From Bacteroidales bacterium (lineage in GTDB: Bacteria; Bacteroidota; Bacteroidia; Bacteroidales; Marinilabiliaceae): a stretch of DNA of 52,688 nucleotides. The position numbers and the translations under genes were made by a program. The notes under the pieces were generated by a model. The model saw only the letters and a list, made by a program, of their open reading frames with translations. It was not told the origin of the DNA and did no database searches. Below, one piece after another: positions 50,067 through 52,688 of the stretch. The stretch is from contig JAFPDB010000140.1 of the NCBI GenBank assembly GCA_017390085.1, forward strand, positions 1-52,688. Reading direction: 5' to 3'. Numbering within the stretch: position 1 is the stretch's first letter; the number at the start of each line of letters is the position of its first letter.

Positions 50067-51503
50067 ATGGGAGATCCAAAAGGATTCATAAAGGTGGCCC
50101 GCAAAGAGGGAGGCTACCGCGCTCTGGCCGAGCGAGTCGAGGATTATAGCGAGGTTGAGCAGACGCTCGGCGAGAGCGACCGCCAGCTTCAGGCCAGCCG
50201 CTGCATGGATTGCGGCGTGCCATTCTGCCACTGGGCTTGCCCCCTTGGCAACAAGACACCCGAGTGGCAAGACGCCGCGTGGCGCAGCGACTGGGAGACG
50301 GCCTACAAGATTCTCAGCTCGACGAGCAACTTCCCCGAGTTTACGGGCCGCATCTGCCCCGCGCTCTGTGAGAAGAGCTGCGTCTTGGCCATCGACAACG
50401 AGGCCGTGACAATCCGCGAGAACGAGTGTTCCGTGGCCGAGCACGCCTTCAACCTCGGAATTGTCAAACCACGCATCCCCGCCAAACGGTCGGGCAAGAA
50501 GGTTGCCGTTATTGGCGGCGGCCCTGCGGGAATGGCGGCGGCCGACATGCTCAACCAGGCCGGTCATACGGTCACGGTCTTCGAGAAGAGTAACGCCATT
50601 GGCGGCTTGCTCCGCTACGGAATCCCCGACTTCAAGCTCAGCAAGAAAGTCATCGACCGCCGTCTGGCAGTCCTTCAGGCAGAGGGCATAACGTTCAAGA
50701 CAGGGGCCGAGGTGGGCGTCAACACCAAGCTTGAGAAAATCCGCAAGGATTTCGACGCCATCGTGGTGACAATTGGCGCCGGTTTGCCGCGCGACCTCAA
50801 GGTCGAGGGGCGCGAGCTTCAGGGCATCCATTTCGCCCTCGAGTTCCTCCAGCAGCAGAACCACGTCAACCGCGGCGACAACGTCAAGGACGAGGACCGC
50901 ATTCTCGCCACGGGCAAGCCAGTCCTCGTCATTGGCGGCGGCGACACGGGTTCCGACTGCGTCGGGACGAGCAACCGCCAGAAGGCCCGCTCGGTGATGC
51001 AGATCGAGATTATGCCCAAACCCAGCGAGATGCGCGCGCCTGGCAACCCATGGCCCTACTGGCCCACGGTACTCAAGACCACTTCGAGCCACAAAGAGGG
51101 CTGCGACCGCCGCTGGAGCCTCAACACCAAGCGTTTCATAGGCGAGGGAGGCAAGGTCAAGAAGGTCGAGCTCGTCGAGGTGGAGTGGAATAAGGATGCC
51201 AACGGGCGTTGGCAGATGACCGAGAAGCCCGAGACGGCCTACACCGTCGACGCCGAACTCGTCCTCCTCTGTATGGGCTTCGTCTCGCCAGTGCACGAGG
51301 GTCTGGTCAACGAGCTTGGTGTCGAACTCGATGCCCGCGGCAACATCAAAGTCGGTCCCGACGGCATGACGAGCGTCCCGGGCGTCTTCGCGGCAGGCGA
51401 CGCCGCCACGGGCGCGAGCCTCGTGGTGAGGGCAATAGCCCGCGGCCGCGAGACGGCAAAGGGAGTCCACGAGTGGCTCATGAGCCAGCCGTCGAAGAAA
51501 TAG
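50067..51503 (+). CDS. gltD: glutamate synthase small subunit (NADPH)
   Basis: 478 aa with Cys clusters (CMDCGVPFC, CPALCEKSC) and the VAVIGGGPAGMAAA dinucleotide-binding motif. Confidence 0.9.
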   Translation: MGDPKGFIKVARKEGGYRALAERVEDYSEVEQTLGESDRQLQASRCMDCGVPFCHWACPLGNKTPEWQDAAWRSDWETAYKILSSTSNFPEFTGRICPALCEKSCVLAIDNEAVTIRENECSVAEHAFNLGIVKPRIPAKRSGKKVAVIGGGPAGMAAADMLNQAGHTVTVFEKSNAIGGLLRYGIPDFKLSKKVIDRRLAVLQAEGITFKTGAEVGVNTKLEKIRKDFDAIVVTIGAGLPRDLKVEGRELQGIHFALEFLQQQNHVNRGDNVKDEDRILATGKPVLVIGGGDTGSDCVGTSNRQKARSVMQIEIMPKPSEMRAPGNPWPYWPTVLKTTSSHKEGCDRRWSLNTKRFIGEGGKVKKVELVEVEWNKDANGRWQMTEKPETAYTVDAELVLLCMGFVSPVHEGLVNELGVELDARGNIKVGPDGMTSVPGVFAAGDAATGASLVVRAIARGRETAKGVHEWLMSQPSKK

Positions 51504-51718
51504 AAAGCTGTTAGTCTGGTTTTTTTATTGTCAGCGCGGGTGGGCGTGGCAGCGATTGCCGCTCCCGCCCGTGCTTGCGTATCGCCTACCCCCCGTCCGA
51601 AATGATGTCGTAAGACGGAGCGGCAAAGCGGTAAGTTTCGTACACGAAAAGAACCGCGGCTCGGAATGGAGGATAGCTCCATATCCGGGCCGCGGCTTAT
51701 AATGGGCCTAAGCGGCTA

Positions 51719-52688
<970 letters not shown>

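Noticed and set aside
51504-51718. GC-rich imperfect hairpin (CGGGTGGG...CCCGCCCG, about 51537-51571) between the convergent gltD and ahcY genes, considered as a terminator.
   Set aside because: There is no clean T tract on either side of the stem in the appropriate orientation, so I could not support a confident intrinsic-terminator call.

Overview
The window is a 52.7-kb chromosomal segment that looks like a fairly high-GC Bacteroidota (Bacteroidales-like) genome. Supporting signs are a T9SS C-terminal sorting domain, TAnnTTTG-type -7 promoter boxes, and a GH3 / DUF4292 / TPR / M23 gene neighbourhood. All calls come from reading the sequence and the ORF track by eye; no searches were run, and GC statements are visual impressions.

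Most of the window is housekeeping:
- dtd, a mazG-like gene, deoC, GH3, a deoxynucleoside kinase, queD and a polyprenyl synthase.
- A thiamine locus: thiE, then a TPP riboswitch with thiS-thiG-thiC-thiH, a class A acid phosphatase and a TenI/ThiE-like gene.
- fhs, uvrC, ade, mnmG, ybeY, an M23 / DUF4292 / TPR / dut / flippase operon, ruvB, an orphan response regulator, nadA, hemW, rsmA, a CDF transporter, gltBD and a partial ahcY.

There are four accessory-looking insertions:
- A lower-GC m5C methyltransferase plus putative restriction endonuclease pair, directly abutting thiE.
- A 1336-aa T9SS surface protein built from YDGT-type repeats, which splits the thiamine locus.
- A lower-GC lipoprotein gene bracketed by a 12-bp direct repeat.
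- An AT-rich islet holding a decaying IS3-family element, short inverted and direct repeats, a candidate sRNA and a small beta-barrel OMP.

The least explained structure is an ORF-free spacer of about 1.05 kb between the divergent nadA and hemW genes (about 36.9-37.95 kb). It consists of two diverged ~480-bp tandem units. Each unit opens with a conserved AT-rich palindromic module. The spacer is saturated with the strand-biased motif (A)CTGACA and is strongly A+C-rich on the plus strand. A perfect canonical parS lies about 100 bp away inside hemW, and a second parS-like site follows mnmG, so the window probably lies in the origin-proximal ParB domain. I cannot assign a function to the spacer. 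No rRNA, tRNA or CRISPR array was seen.
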